From NCBI GenBank assembly GCA_964057225.1, contig CAXKVF010000073.1:992001-1056000 (forward strand): a stretch of 64,000 nt of DNA. The letters are read 5' to 3'. The notes under the pieces are model-generated. The model had not been told where the DNA came from. It made no database searches and saw only the letters and a list, made by a program, of their open reading frames with translations. This DNA is from Auanema rhodensis (taxonomy: Eukaryota; Animalia; Nematoda). A program made the translations under genes and the position numbers. Position 1 is the stretch's first letter. Each line of letters starts with the position of its first letter. This document shows, in pieces, positions 43,826-58,433 of this stretch.

Positions 43826-46800
43826 TTAGCATAAATTAAAGTTCACGTAAATTTCAAAGTCATGGTTACCATGAAGCAATATCAATAAAAATTTGTTTTT
43901 AGACTAATATGGACATGGGGAATCTAATTTTGAAAACCGCATCTCTTTATCTTTCACGTGAAGCGAGTTGCATACCAAGTGCACATCACGTGTACATTTA
44001 ATTAGCATAAATTAAAGTTCACGTAAATTTCAAAGTCATGGTTACCATGAACCAATATCAATAAAAATTTGTTTTTAGACTAATATGGACATGGGGAATC
44101 TAATTTTGAAAACCGCATCTCTTTATCTTTCACGTGAAGCGAGTTACATACCAAGTGCACATCACGTGTACATTTAATTAGCATAAATTAAAGTTCACGT
44201 AAAATTCAAAGTCATGGTTACCATGAACCAATATCAATAAAAATTTGTTTTTAGACTAATATGGTCAAGGGGAATCTAATTTTGAAAACCGCATCTCTTT
44301 ATCTTTCACGTGAAGCGAGTTACATACCAAGTGCACATCACGTGTACATTTAATTAGCATAAATTAAAGTTCATGTAAATTTCAAAGTCATGGTTACCAT
44401 GAACCAATATCAATAAAAATTTGTTTTTAGACTAATATGGACATGGGGAATCTAATTTTGAAAACCGCATCTCTTTATCTTTCACGTGAAGCGAGTTACA
44501 TACCAAGTGCACATCATGTGTACATTTAATTAGCATAAATTAAAGTTCACGTAAATTTCAAAGTCATGGTTACCATGCACCAATATCAATAAAAATTTGT
44601 TTTTAGACTAATATGGACATGGGGAATCTAATTTTGAAAACCGCATCTCTTTATCTTTCACGTGAAGCGAGTTACATACCAAGTGCACATCACGTGTACA
44701 TTTAATTAGCATAAATTAAAGTTCACGTAAATTTTAAAGTCATGGTTACCATGAACCAATATCAATAAAAATTTGTTTTTAGACTAATATGGACATGGGG
44801 AATCTAATTTTGACAACCGCATCTCTTTATCTTTCACGTGAAGCGAGTTACATACCAAGTGCACATCACGTGTACATTTAATTAGCATAAATTAAAGTTC
44901 ACGTAAATTTCAAAGTCATGGTTACCATGAACCAATATCAATAAAAATTTGTTTTTAGACTAATATGGACATGGGGAATCTAATTTTGAAAACCGCAACT
45001 CTTTATCTTTCAAGTGAAGCGAGTTACATACCAAGTGCACATCACGTGTACATTTAATTAGCATAAATTAAAGTTCACGTAAATTTCAAAGTCATGGTTA
45101 CCATGAACCAATATCAATAAAAATTTGTTTTTAGACTAATATGGACATGGGGAATCTAATTTTGAAAACCGCATCTCTTTATCTTTCACGTGAAGCGAGT
45201 TACATACCAAGTGCACATCACGTGTACATTTAATTAGCATAAATTAAAGTTCACGTAAATTTCAAAGTCATGGTTACCATGCACCAATATCAATAAAAAT
45301 TTGTTTTTAGACTAATATGGACATGGGGAATCTAATTTTGAAAACCGCATCTCTTTATCTTTCACGTGAAGCGAGTTACATACCAAGTGCACATCACGTG
45401 TACATTTAATTAGCATAAATTAAAGTTCACGTAAATTTCAAAGTCATGGTTACCATGAAGCAATATCAATAAAAATTTGTTTTTAGACTAATATGGACAT
45501 GGGGAATCTAATTTTGAAAACCGCATCTCTTTATCTTTCACGTGAAGCGAGTTACATACCAAGTGCACATCACGTGTACATTTAATTAGCATAAATTAAA
45601 GTTCACGTAAATTTTAAAGTCATGGTTACCATGAACCAATATCAATAAAAATTTGTTTTTAGACTAATATGGACATGGGGAATCTAATTTTGACAACCGC
45701 ATCTCTTTATCTTTCACGTGAAGCGAGTTACATACCAAGTGCACATCACGTGTACATTTAATTAGCATAAATTAAAGTTCACGTAAATTTCAAAGTCATG
45801 GTTACCATGAACCAATATCAATAAAAATTTGTTTTTAGACTAATATGGACATGGGGAATCTAATTTTGAAAACCGCATCTCTTTATCTTTCACGTGAAGC
45901 GAGTTACATACCAAGTGCACATCACGTGTACATTTAATTAGCATAAATTAAAGTTCACGTAAATTTCAAAGTCATGGTTACCATGAACCAATATCAATAA
46001 AAATTTGTTTTTAGACTAATATGGACATGGGGAATCTAATTTTGAAAACCGCATCTCTTTATCTTTCACGTGAAGCGAGTTACATACCAAGTGCACATCA
46101 CGTGTACATTTAATTAGCATAAATTAAAGTTCACGTAAATTTCAAAGTCATGGTTACCATGCACCAATATCAATAAAAATTTGTTTTTAGACTAATATGG
46201 ACATGGGGAATCTAATTTTGAAAACCGCATCTCTTTATCTTTCACGTGAAGCGAGTTACATACCAAGTGCACATCACGTGTACATTTAATTAGCATAAAT
46301 TAAAGTTCACGTAAATTTCAAAGTCATGGTTACCATGAAGCAATATCAATAAAAATTTGTTTTTAGACTAATATGGACATGGGGAATCTAATTTTGACAA
46401 CCGCATCTCTTTATCTTTCACGTGAAGCGAGTTACATACCAAGTGCACATCACGTGTACATTTAATTAGCATAAATTAAAGTTCACGTAAATTTCAAAGT
46501 CATGGTTACCATGAACCAATATCAATAAAAATTTGTTTTTAGACTAATATGGACATGGGGAATCTAATTTTGAAAACCGCATCTCTTTATCTTTCACGTG
46601 AAGCGAGATACATACCAAGTGCACATCACGTGTACATTTAATTAGCATAAATTAAAGTTCACGTAAATTTCAAAGTCATGGTTACCATGAACCAATATTA
46701 ATAAAAATTTGTTTTTAGACTAATATGGACATGGGGAATCTAATTTTGAAAACCGCATCTCTTTATCTTTCACGTGAAGCGAGTTACATACCAAGTGCAC

Positions 46801-47521
46801 ATCACGTGTACATTTAATTAGCATAAATTAAAGTTCACGTAAATTTCAAAGTCATGGTTACCATGAACCAATATCAATAAAAATTTGTTTTTAGACTAAT
46901 ATGGGCATGGGGAATCTAATTTTGAAAACCGCATCTCTTTATCTTTCACGTGAAGCGAGTTACATACCAAGTGCACATCACGTGTACATTTAATTAGCAT
47001 AAATTAAAGTTCACGTAAATTTCAAAGTCATGGTTACCATGAAGCAATATCAATAAAAATTTGTTTTTAGACTAATATGGACATGGGGAATCTAATTTTG
47101 AAAACCGCATCTCTTTATCTTTCACGTGAAGCGAGTTGCATACCAAGTGCACATCACGTGTACATTTAATTAGCATAAATTAAAGTTCACGTAAATTTCA
47201 AAGTCATGGTTACCATGAACCAATATCAATAAAAATTTGTTTTTAGACTAATATGGACATGGGGAATCTAATTTTGAAAACCGCATCTCTTTATCTTTCA
47301 CGTGAAGCGAGTTACATACCAAGTGCACGTCACGTGTACATTTAATTAGCATAAATTAAAGTTCACGTAAAATTCAAAGTCATGGTTACCATGAACCAAT
47401 ATCAATAAAAATTTGTTTTTAGACTAATATGGTCAAGGGGAATCTAATTTTGAAAACCGCATCTCTTTATCTTTCACGTGAAGCGAGTTACATACCAAGT
47501 GCACATCACGTGTACATTTAA
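43474..47521. repeat. 5-monomer block repeated at an 18-monomer (3168 bp) offset, with an internal 5-mer duplication (44706-46465)
   Basis: C58T 43531/46699, A88G 43737/46905, A145G 43970/47138, GGTCAAGG 44265/47433; C30T+A109C monomer at 44706/45586 (offset 880). Confidence 0.82.
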
Positions 47522-49633
47522 TTAGCATAAATTAAAGTTCACGTAAATTTCAAAGTCATGGTTACCATGAACCAATATCAATAAAAATTTGTTTTTAGAC
47601 TAATATGGACATGGGGAATCTAATTTTGAAAACCGCATCTCTTTATCTTTCACGTGAAGCGAGTTACATACCAAGTGCACATCACGTGTACATTTAATTA
47701 GCATAAATTAAAGTTCACGTAAATTTCAAAGTCATGGTTACCATGAACTAATATCAATAAAAATTTGTTTTTAGACTAATATGGACATGGGGAATCTAAT
47801 TTTGAAAACCGCATCTCTTTATCTTTCACGTGAAGCGAGTTACATACCAAGTGCACATCACGTGTACATTTAATTAGCATAAATTAAAGTTCACGTAAAT
47901 TTCAAAGTCATGGTTACCATGAAGCAATATCAATAAAAATTTGTTTTTAGACTAATATGGACAGGGGGAATCTAATTTTGAAAACCGCATCTCTTTATCT
48001 TTCACGTGAAGCGAGTTACATACCAAGTGCACATCACGTGTACATTTAATTAGCATAAATTAAAGTTCACGTAAAATTCAAAGTCATGGTTACCATGAAC
48101 CAATATCAATAAAAATTTGTTTTTAGACTAATATGGACATGGGGAATCTAATTTTGAAAACCGCATCTCTTTATCTTTCACGTGAAGCGAGTTACATACC
48201 AAGTGCACATCACGTGTACATTTAATTAGCATAAATTAAAGTTCACGTAAAATTCAAAGTCATGGTTACCATGCACCAATATCAATAAAAATTTGTTTTT
48301 AGACTAATATGGACATGGGGAATCTAATTTTGAAAACCGCATCTCTTTATCTTTCACGTGAAGCGAGTTACATACCAAGTGCACATCACGTGTACATTTA
48401 ATTAGCATAAATTAAAGTTCACGTAAAATTCAAAGTCATGGTTACCATGAACCAATATCAATAAAAATTTGTTTTTAGACTAATATGGACATGGGGAATC
48501 TAATTTTGAAAACCGCATCTCTTTATCTTTCACGTGAAGCGAGTTACATACCAAGTGCACATCACGTGTACATTTAATTAGCATAAATTAAAGTTCACAT
48601 AAATTTCAAAGTCATGGTTACCATGCACCAATATCAATAAAAATTTGTTTTTAGACTAATATGGACATGGGGAATCTAATTTTGAAAACCGCATCTCTTT
48701 ATCTTTCACGTGAAGCGAGTTACATACCAAGTGCACATCACGTGTACATTTAATTAGCATAAATTAAAGTTCACGTAAAATTCAAAGTCATGGTTACCAT
48801 GAACCAATATCAATAAAAATTTGTTTTTAGACTAATATGGACATGGGGGATCTAATTTTGAAAACCGAATCTCTTTATCTTTCACGTGAAGCGAGTTACA
48901 TACCAAGTGCACATCACGTGTACATTTAATTAGCATAAATTAAAGTTCACGTAAATTTCAAAGTCATGGTTACCATGAACCAATATCAATAAAAATTTGT
49001 TTTTAGACTAATATGGACATGGGGAATCTAATTTTGAAAACCGCATCTCTTCATCTTTCACGTGAAGCGAGTTACATACCAAGTGCACATCACGTGTACA
49101 TTTAATTAGCATAAATTAAAGTTCACGTAAATTTCAAAGTCATGGTTACCATGAACCAATATCAATAAAAATTTGTTTTTAGACTAATATGGACATGGGG
49201 AATCTAATTTTGAAAACCGCATCTCTTTATCTTTCACGTGAAGCGAGTTACATACCAAGTGCACATCACGTGTACATTTAATTAGCATAAATTAAAGTTC
49301 ACGTAAATTTCAAAGTCATGGTTACCATGAACCAATATCAATAAAAATTTGTTTTTAGACTAATATGGTCATGGGGAATCTAATTTTGAAAACCGCATCT
49401 CTTTATCTTTCACGTGAAGCGAGTTACATACCAAGTGCACATCACGTGTACATTTAATTAGCATAAATTAAAGTTCACGTAAATTTCAAAGTCATGGTTA
49501 CCATGAACCAATATCAATAAAAATTTGTTTTTAGACTAATATGGACATGGGGAATCTAATTTTGAAAACCGCATCTCTTTATCTTTCACGTGAAGCGAGT
49601 TACATACCAAGTGCACATCACGTGTACATTTAA

Positions 49634-52600
49634 TTAGCATAAATTAAAGTTCACGTAAATTTCAAAGTCATGGTTACCATGAACCAATATCAATAAAAAT
49701 TTGTTTTTAGACTAATATGGACATGGGGAATCTAATTTTGAAAACCGCATCTCTTTATCTTTCACGTGAAGCGAGTTACATACCAAGTGCACATCACGTG
49801 TACATTTAATTAGCATAAATTAAAGTTCACGTAAATTTCAAAGTCATGGTTACCATGAAGCAATATCAATAAAAATTTGTTTTTAGACTAATATGGACAT
49901 GGGGAATCTAATTTTGAAAACCGCATCTCTTTATCTTTCACGTGAAGCGAGTTACATACCAAGTGCACATCACGTGTACATTTAATTAGCATAAATTAAA
50001 GTTCACGTAAATTTCAAAGTCATGGTTACCATGAAGCAATATCAATAAAAATTTGTTTTTAGACTAATATGGACATGGGGAATCTAATTTCGAAAACCGC
50101 ATCTCTTTATCTTTCACGTGAAGCGAGTTACATACCATGTGCACATCACGTGTACATTTAATTAGCATAAATTAAAGTTCACGTAAATTTCAAAGTCATG
50201 GTTACCATGCACCAATATCAATAAAAATTTGTTTTTAGACTAATATGGACATGGGGAATCTAATTTTGAAAACCGCATCTCTTTATCTTTCACGTGAAGC
50301 GAGTTACATACCAAGTGCACATCACGTGTACATTTAATTAGCATAAATTAAAGTTCACGTAAATTTCAAAGTCATGGTTACCATGCACCAATATCAATAA
50401 AAATTTGTTTTTAGACTAATATGGACATGGGGAATCTAATTTTGAAAACCGCATCTCTTTATCTTTCACGTGAAGCGAGTTACATACCAAGTGCACATCA
50501 CGTGTACATTTAATTAGCATAAATTAAAGTTCACGTAAATTTCAAAGTCATGGTTACCATGCACCAATATCAATAAAAATTTGTTTTTAGACTAATATGG
50601 ACATGGGGAATCTAATTTTGAAAACCGCATCTCTTTATCTTTCACGTGAAGCGAGTTACATACCAAGTGCACATCACGTGTACATTTAATTAGCATAAAT
50701 TAAAGTTCACGTAAATTTCAAAGTCATGGTTACCATGCACCAATATCAATAAAAATTTGTTTTTAGACTAATATGGACATGGGGAATCTAATTTTGAAAA
50801 CCGCATCTCTTTATCTTTCACGTGAAGCGAGTTACATACCAAGTGCACATCACGTGTACATTTAATTAGCATAAATTAAAGTTCACGAAAATTTCAAAGT
50901 CATGGTTACCATGCACCAATATCAATAAAAATTTGTTTTTAGACTAATATGGACATGGGGAATCTAATTTTGAAAACCGCATCTCTTTATCTTTCACGTG
51001 AAGCGAGTTACATACCAAGTGCACATCACGTGTACATTTAATTAGCATAAATTAAAGTTCACGTAAATTTCAAAGTCATGGTTACCATGAACCAATATCA
51101 ATAAAAATTTGTTTTTAGACTAATATGGACATGGGGAATCTAATTTTGAAAACCGCATCTCTTTATCTTTCACGTGAAGCGAGTTACATACCAAGTGCAC
51201 ATCACGTGTACATTTAATTAGCATAAATTAAAGTTCACGTAAATTTCAAAGTCATGGTTACCATGAAGCAATATCGATAAAAATTTGTTTTTAGACTAAT
51301 ATGGACATGGGGAATCTAATTTTGAAAACCGCATCTCTTTATCTTTCACGTGAAGCGAGTTACATACCAAGTGCACATCACGTGTACATTTAATTAGCAT
51401 AAATTAAAGTTCACGTAAATTTCAAAGTCATGGTTACCATGAAGCAATATCAATAAAAATTTGTTTTTAGACTAATATGGACATGGGGAATCTAATTTTG
51501 AAAACCGCATCTCTTTATCTTTCACGTGAAGCGAGTTACATACCATGTGCACATCACGTGTACATTTAATTAGCATAAATTAAAGTTCACGTAAATTTCA
51601 AAGTCATGGTTACCATGAAGCAATATCAATAAAAATTTGTTTTTAGACTAATATGGACATGGGGAATCTAATTTCGAAAACCGCATCTCTTTATCTTTCA
51701 CGTGAAGCGAGTTACATACCATGTGCACATCACGTGTACATTTAAATAGCATAAATTAAAGTTCACGTAAATTTCAAAGTCATGGTTACCATGAACCAAT
51801 ATCAATAAAAATTTGTTTTTAGACTAATATGGACATGGGCAATCTAATTTTGAAAACCGCATCTCTTTATCTTTCACGTGAAGCGAGTTACATACCAAGT
51901 GCACATCACGTGTACATTTAATTAGCATAAATTAAAGTTCACGTAAATTTCAAAGTCATGGTTACCATGCACCAATATCAATAAAAATTTGTTTTTAGAC
52001 TAATATGGACATGGGGAATCTAATTTTGAAAACCGCATCTCTTTATCTTTCACGTGAAGCGAGTTACATACCGAGTGCACATCACGTGTACATTTAATTA
52101 GCATAAATTAAAGTTCACGTAAATTTCAAAGTCATGGTTACCATGCACCAATATCAATAAAAATTTGTTTTTAGACTAATATGGACATGGGGAATCTAAT
52201 TTTGAAAACCGCATCTCTTTATCTTTCACGTGAAGCGAGTTACATACCAAGTGCACATCACGTGTACATTTAATTAGCATAAATTAAAGTTCACGTAAAT
52301 TTCAAAGTCATGGTTACCATGAACCAATATCAATAAAAATTTGTTTTTAGACTAATATGGACATGGGGAATCTAATTTTGAAAACCGCATCTCTTTATCT
52401 TTCACGTGAAGCGAGTTACATACCAAGTGCACATCACGTGTACATTTAATTAGCATAAATTAAAGTTCACGTAAATTTCAAAGTCATGGTTACCATGAAG
52501 CAATATCGATAAAAATTTGTTTTTAGACTAATATGGACATGGGGAATCTAATTTTGAAAACCGCATCTCTTTATCTTTCACGTGAAGCGAGTTACATACC

Positions 52601-55600
52601 AAGTGCACATCACGTGTACATTTAATTAGCATAAATTAAAGTTCACGTAAATTTCAAAGTCATGGTTACCATGAAGCAATATCAATAAAAATTTGTTTTT
52701 AGACTAATATGGACATGGGGAATCTAATTTTGAAAACCGCATCTCTTTATCTTTCACGTGAAGCGAGTTACATACCATGTGCACATCACGTGTACATTTA
52801 ATTAGCATAAATTAAAGTTCACGTAAATTTCAAAGTCATGGTTACCATGAAGCAATATCAATAAAAATTTGTTTTTAGACTAATATGGACATGGGGAATC
52901 TAATTTCGAAAACCGCATCTCTTTATCTTTCACGTGAAGCGAGTTACATACCATGTGCACATCACGTGTACATTTAAATAGCATAAATTAAAGTTCACGT
53001 AAATTTCAAAGTCATGGTTACCATGAACCAATATCAATAAAAATTTGTTTTTAGACTAATATGGACATGGGCAATCTAATTTTGAAAACCGCATCTCTTC
53101 ATCTTTCACGTGAAGCGAGTTACATACCAAGTGCACATCACGTGTACATTTAATTAGCATAAATTAAAGTTCACGTAAATTTCAAAGTCATGGTTACCAT
53201 GCACCAATATCAATAAAAATTTGTTTTTAGACTAATATGGACATGGGGAATCTAATTTTGAAAACCGCATCTCTTTATCTTTCACGTGAAGCGAGTTACA
53301 TACCGAGTGCACATCACGTGTACATTTAATTAGCATAAATTAAAGTTCACGTAAATTTCAAAGTCATGGTTACCATGCACCAATATCAATAAAAATTTGT
53401 TTTTAGACTAATATGGACATGGGGAATCTAATTTTGAAAACCGCATCTCTTTATCTTTCACGTGAAGCGAGTTACATACCAAGTGCACATCACGTGTACA
53501 TTTAATTAGCATAAATTAAAGTTCACGTAAATTTCAAAGTCATGGTTACCATGAACCAATATCAATAAAAATTTGTTTTTAGACTAATATGGACATGGGG
53601 AATCTAATTTTGAAAACCGCATCTCTTTATCTTTCACGTGAAGCGAGTTACATACCAAGTGCACATCACGTGTACATTTAATTAGCATAAATTAAAGTTC
53701 ACGTAAATTTCAAAGTCATGGTTACCATGAAGCAATATCAATAAAAATTTGTTTTTAGACTAATATGGACATGGGGAATCTAATTTTGAAAACCGCATCT
53801 CTTTATCTTTCACGTGAAGCGAGTTACATACCAAGTGCACATCACGTGTACATTTAATTAGCATAAATTAAAGTTCACGTAAATTTCAAAGTCATGGTTA
53901 CCATGAAGCAATATCAATAAAAATTTGTTTTTAGACTAATATGGACATGGGGAATCTAATTTCGAAAACCGCATCTCTTTATCTTTCACGTGAAGCGAGT
54001 TACATACCATGTGCACATCACGTGTACATTTAATTAGCATAAATTAAAGTTCACGTAAATTTCAAAGTCATGGTTACCATGCACCAATATCAATAAAAAT
54101 TTGTTTTTAGACTAATATGGACATGGGGAATCTAATTTTGAAAACCGCATCTCTTTATCTTTCACGTGAAGCGAGTTACATACCAAGTGCACATCACGTG
54201 TACATTTAATTAGCATAAATTAAAGTTCACGTAAATTTCAAAGTCATGGTTACCATGCACCAATATCAATAAAAATTTGTTTTTAGACTAATATGGACAT
54301 GGGGAATCTAATTTTGAAAACCGCATCTCTTTATCTTTCACGTGAAGCGAGTTACATACCAAGTGCACATCACGTGTACATTTAATTAGCATAAATTAAA
54401 GTTCACGTAAATTTCAAAGTCATGGTTACCATGCACCAATATCAATAAAAATTTGTTTTTAGACTAATATGGACATGGGGAATCTAATTTTGAAAACCGC
54501 ATCTCTTTATCTTTCACGTGAAGCGAGTTACATACCAAGTGCACATCACGTGTACATTTAATTAGCATAAATTAAAGTTCACGTAAATTTCAAAGTCATG
54601 GTTACCATGCACCAATATCAATAAAAATTTGTTTTTAGACTAATATGGACATGGGGAATCTAATTTTGAAAACCGCATCTCTTTATCTTTCACGTGAAGC
54701 GAGTTACATACCAAGTGCACATCACGTGTACATTTAATTAGCATAAATTAAAGTTCACGAAAATTTCAAAGTCATGGTTACCATGCACCAATATCAATAA
54801 AAATTTGTTTTTAGACTAATATGGACATGGGGAATCTAATTTTGAAAACCGCATCTCTTTATCTTTCACGTGAAGCGAGTTACATACCAAGTGCACATCA
54901 CGTGTACATTTAATTAGCATAAATTAAAGTTCACGTAAATTTCAAAGTCATGGTTACCATGAACCAATATCAATAAAAATTTGTTTTTAGACTAATATGG
55001 ACATGGGGAATCTAATTTTGAAAACCGCATCTCTTTATCTTTCACGTGAAGCGAGTTACATACCAAGTGCACATCACGTGTACATTTAATTAGCATAAAT
55101 TAAAGTTCACGTAAATTTCAAAGTCATGGTTACCATGAAGCAATATCGATAAAAATTTGTTTTTAGACTAATATGGACATGGGGAATCTAATTTTGAAAA
55201 CCGCATCTCTTTATCTTTCACGTGAAGCGAGTTACATACCAAGTGCACATCACGTGTACATTTAATTAGCATAAATTAAAGTTCACGTAAATTTCAAAGT
55301 CATGGTTACCATGAAGCAATATCAATAAAAATTTGTTTTTAGACTAATATGGACATGGGGAATCTAATTTTGAAAACCGCATCTCTTTATCTTTCACGTG
55401 AAGCGAGTTACATACCATGTGCACATCACGTGTACATTTAATTAGCATAAATTAAAGTTCACGTAAATTTCAAAGTCATGGTTACCATGAAGCAATATCA
55501 ATAAAAATTTGTTTTTAGACTAATATGGACATGGGGAATCTAATTTCGAAAACCGCATCTCTTTATCTTTCACGTGAAGCGAGTTACATACCATGTGCAC

Positions 55601-57377
55601 ATCACGTGTACATTTAAATAGCATAAATTAAAGTTCACGTAAATTTCAAAGTCATGGTTACCATGAACCAATATCAATAAAAATTTGTTTTTAGACTAAT
55701 ATGGACATGGGCAATCTAATTTTGAAAACCGCATCTCTTTATCTTTCACGTGAAGCGAGTTACATACCAAGTGCACATCACGTGTACATTTAATTAGCAT
55801 AAATTAAAGTTCACGTAAATTTCAAAGTCATGGTTACCATGCACCAATATCAATAAAAATTTGTTTTTAGACTAATATGGACATGGGGAATCTAATTTTG
55901 AAAACCGCATCTCTTTATCTTTCACGTGAAGCGAGTTACATACCGAGTGCACATCACGTGTACATTTAATTAGCATAAATTAAAGTTCACGTAAATTTCA
56001 AAGTCATGGTTACCATGCACCAATATCAATAAAAATTTGTTTTTAGACTAATATGGACATGGGGAATCTAATTTTGAAAACCGCATCTCTTTATCTTTCA
56101 CGTGAAGCGAGTTACATACCAAGTGCACATCACGTGTACATTTAATTAGCATAAATTAAAGTTCACGTAAATTTCAAAGTCATGGTTACCATGAACCAAT
56201 GTCAATAAAAATTTGTTTTTAGACTAATATGGACATGGGGAATCTAATTTTGAAAACCGCATCTCTTTATCTTTCACGTGAAGCGAGTTACATACCAAGT
56301 GCACATCACGTGTACATTTAATTAGCATAAATTAAAGTTCACGTAAATTTCAAAGTCATGGTTACCATGAAGCAATATCGATAAAAATTTGTTTTTAGAC
56401 TAATATGGACATGGGGAATCTAATTTTGAAAACCGCATCTCTTTATCTTTCACGTGAAGCGAGTTACATACCAAGTGCACATCACGTGTACATTTAATTA
56501 GCATAAATTAAAGTTCACGTAAATTTCAAAGTCATGGTTACCATGAAGCAATATCAATAAAAATTTGTTTTTAGACTAATATGGACATGGGGAATCTAAT
56601 TTTGAAAACCGCATCTCTTTATCTTTCACGTGAAGCGAGTTACATACCATGTGCACATCACGTGTACATTTAATTAGCATAAATTAAAGTTCACGTAAAT
56701 TTCAAAGTCATGGTTACCATGAAGCAATATCAATAAAAATTTGTTTTTAGACTAATATGGACATGGGGAATCTAATTTCGAAAACCGCATCTCTTTATCT
56801 TTCACGTGAAGCGAGTTACATACCATGTGCACATCACGTGTACATTTAAATAGCATAAATTAAAGTTCACGTAAATTTCAAAGTCATGGTTACCATGAAC
56901 CAATATCAATAAAAATTTGTTTTTAGACTAATATGGACATGGGCAATCTAATTTTGAAAACCGCATCTCTTCATCTTTCACGTGAAGCGAGTTACATACC
57001 AAGTGCACATCACGTGTACATTTAATTAGCATAAATTAAAGTTCACGTAAATTTCAAAGTCATGGTTACCATGCACCAATATCAATAAAAATTTGTTTTT
57101 AGACTAATATGGACATGGGGAATCTAATTTTGAAAACCGCATCTCTTTATCTTTCACGTGAAGCGAGTTACATACCGAGTGCACATCACGTGTACATTTA
57201 ATTAGCATAAATTAAAGTTCACGTAAATTTCAAAGTCATGGTTACCATGCACCAATATCAATAAAAATTTGTTTTTAGACTAATATGGACATGGGGAATC
57301 TAATTTTGAAAACCGCATCTCTTTATCTTTCACGTGAAGCGAGTTACATACCAAGTGCACATCACGTGTACATTTAA
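49634..57377. repeat. 22-mer HOR (3872 bp x2), each copy containing a tandem 7-mer x2
   Basis: CACGAAA 50888/54760; TATCGAT at 51276, 52508, 55148, 56380 (offsets 1232, 2640, 1232); CCGAG, TTTAAATAG and G95C follow the same four-fold pattern. Confidence 0.95.
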
Positions 57378-57729
57378 TTAGCATAAATTAAAGTTCACGT
57401 AAATTTCAAAGTCATGGTTACCATGAACCAATATCAATAAAAATTTGTTTTTAGACTAATATGGACATGGGGAATCTAATTTTGAAAACCGCATCTCTTT
57501 ATCTTTCACGTGAAGCGAGTTACATACCAAGTGCACATCACGTGTACATTTAATTAGCATAAATTAAAGTTCACGTAAATTTCAAAGTCAAGGTTACCAT
57601 GAAGCAATATCAATAAAAATTTGTTTTTAGACTAATATGGACATGGGGAATCTAATTTTGAAAACCGCATCTCTTTATCTTTCACGTGAAGCGAGTTACA
57701 TACCAAGTGCACATCACGTGTACATTTAA

Positions 57730-58433
57730 TTAGCATAAATTAAAGTTCACGTAAATTTCAAAGTCATGGTTACCATGCACCAATATCAATAAAAATTTGT
57801 TTTTAGACTAATATGGACATGGGGGATCTAATTTTGAAAACCGCATCTCTTTATCTTTCACGTGAAGCGAGTTACATACCAAGTGCACATCACGTGTACA
57901 TTTAATTAGCATAAATTAAAGTTCACGTAAATTTCAAAGTCATGGTTACCATGAACCAATATCAATAAAAATTTGTTTTTAGACTAATATGGACATGGGT
58001 AATCTAATTTTGAAAACCGCATCTCTTTATCTTTCACGTGAAGCGAGTTACATACCAAGTGCACATCACGTGTACATTTAATTAGCATAAATTAAAGTTC
58101 ACGTAAATTTCAAAGTCATGGTTACCATGCACCAATATCAATAAAAATTTGTTTTTAGACTAATATGGACATGGGGGATCTAATTTTGAAAACCGCATCT
58201 CTTTATCTTTCACGTGAAGCGAGTTACATACCAAGTGCACATCACGTGTACATTTAATTAGCATAAATTAAAGTTCACGTAAATTTCAAAGTCATGGTTA
58301 CCATGAACCAATATCAATAAAAATTTGTTTTTAGACTAATATGGACATGGGTAATCTAATTTTGAAAACCGCATCTCTTTATCTTTCACGTGAAGCGAGT
58401 TACATACCAAGTGCACATCACGTGTACATTTAA
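57730..58433. repeat. Dimer HOR (352 bp x2)
   Basis: GGGGGATC 57825/58177 alternates with GGGTAATC 58000/58352. Confidence 0.9.
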
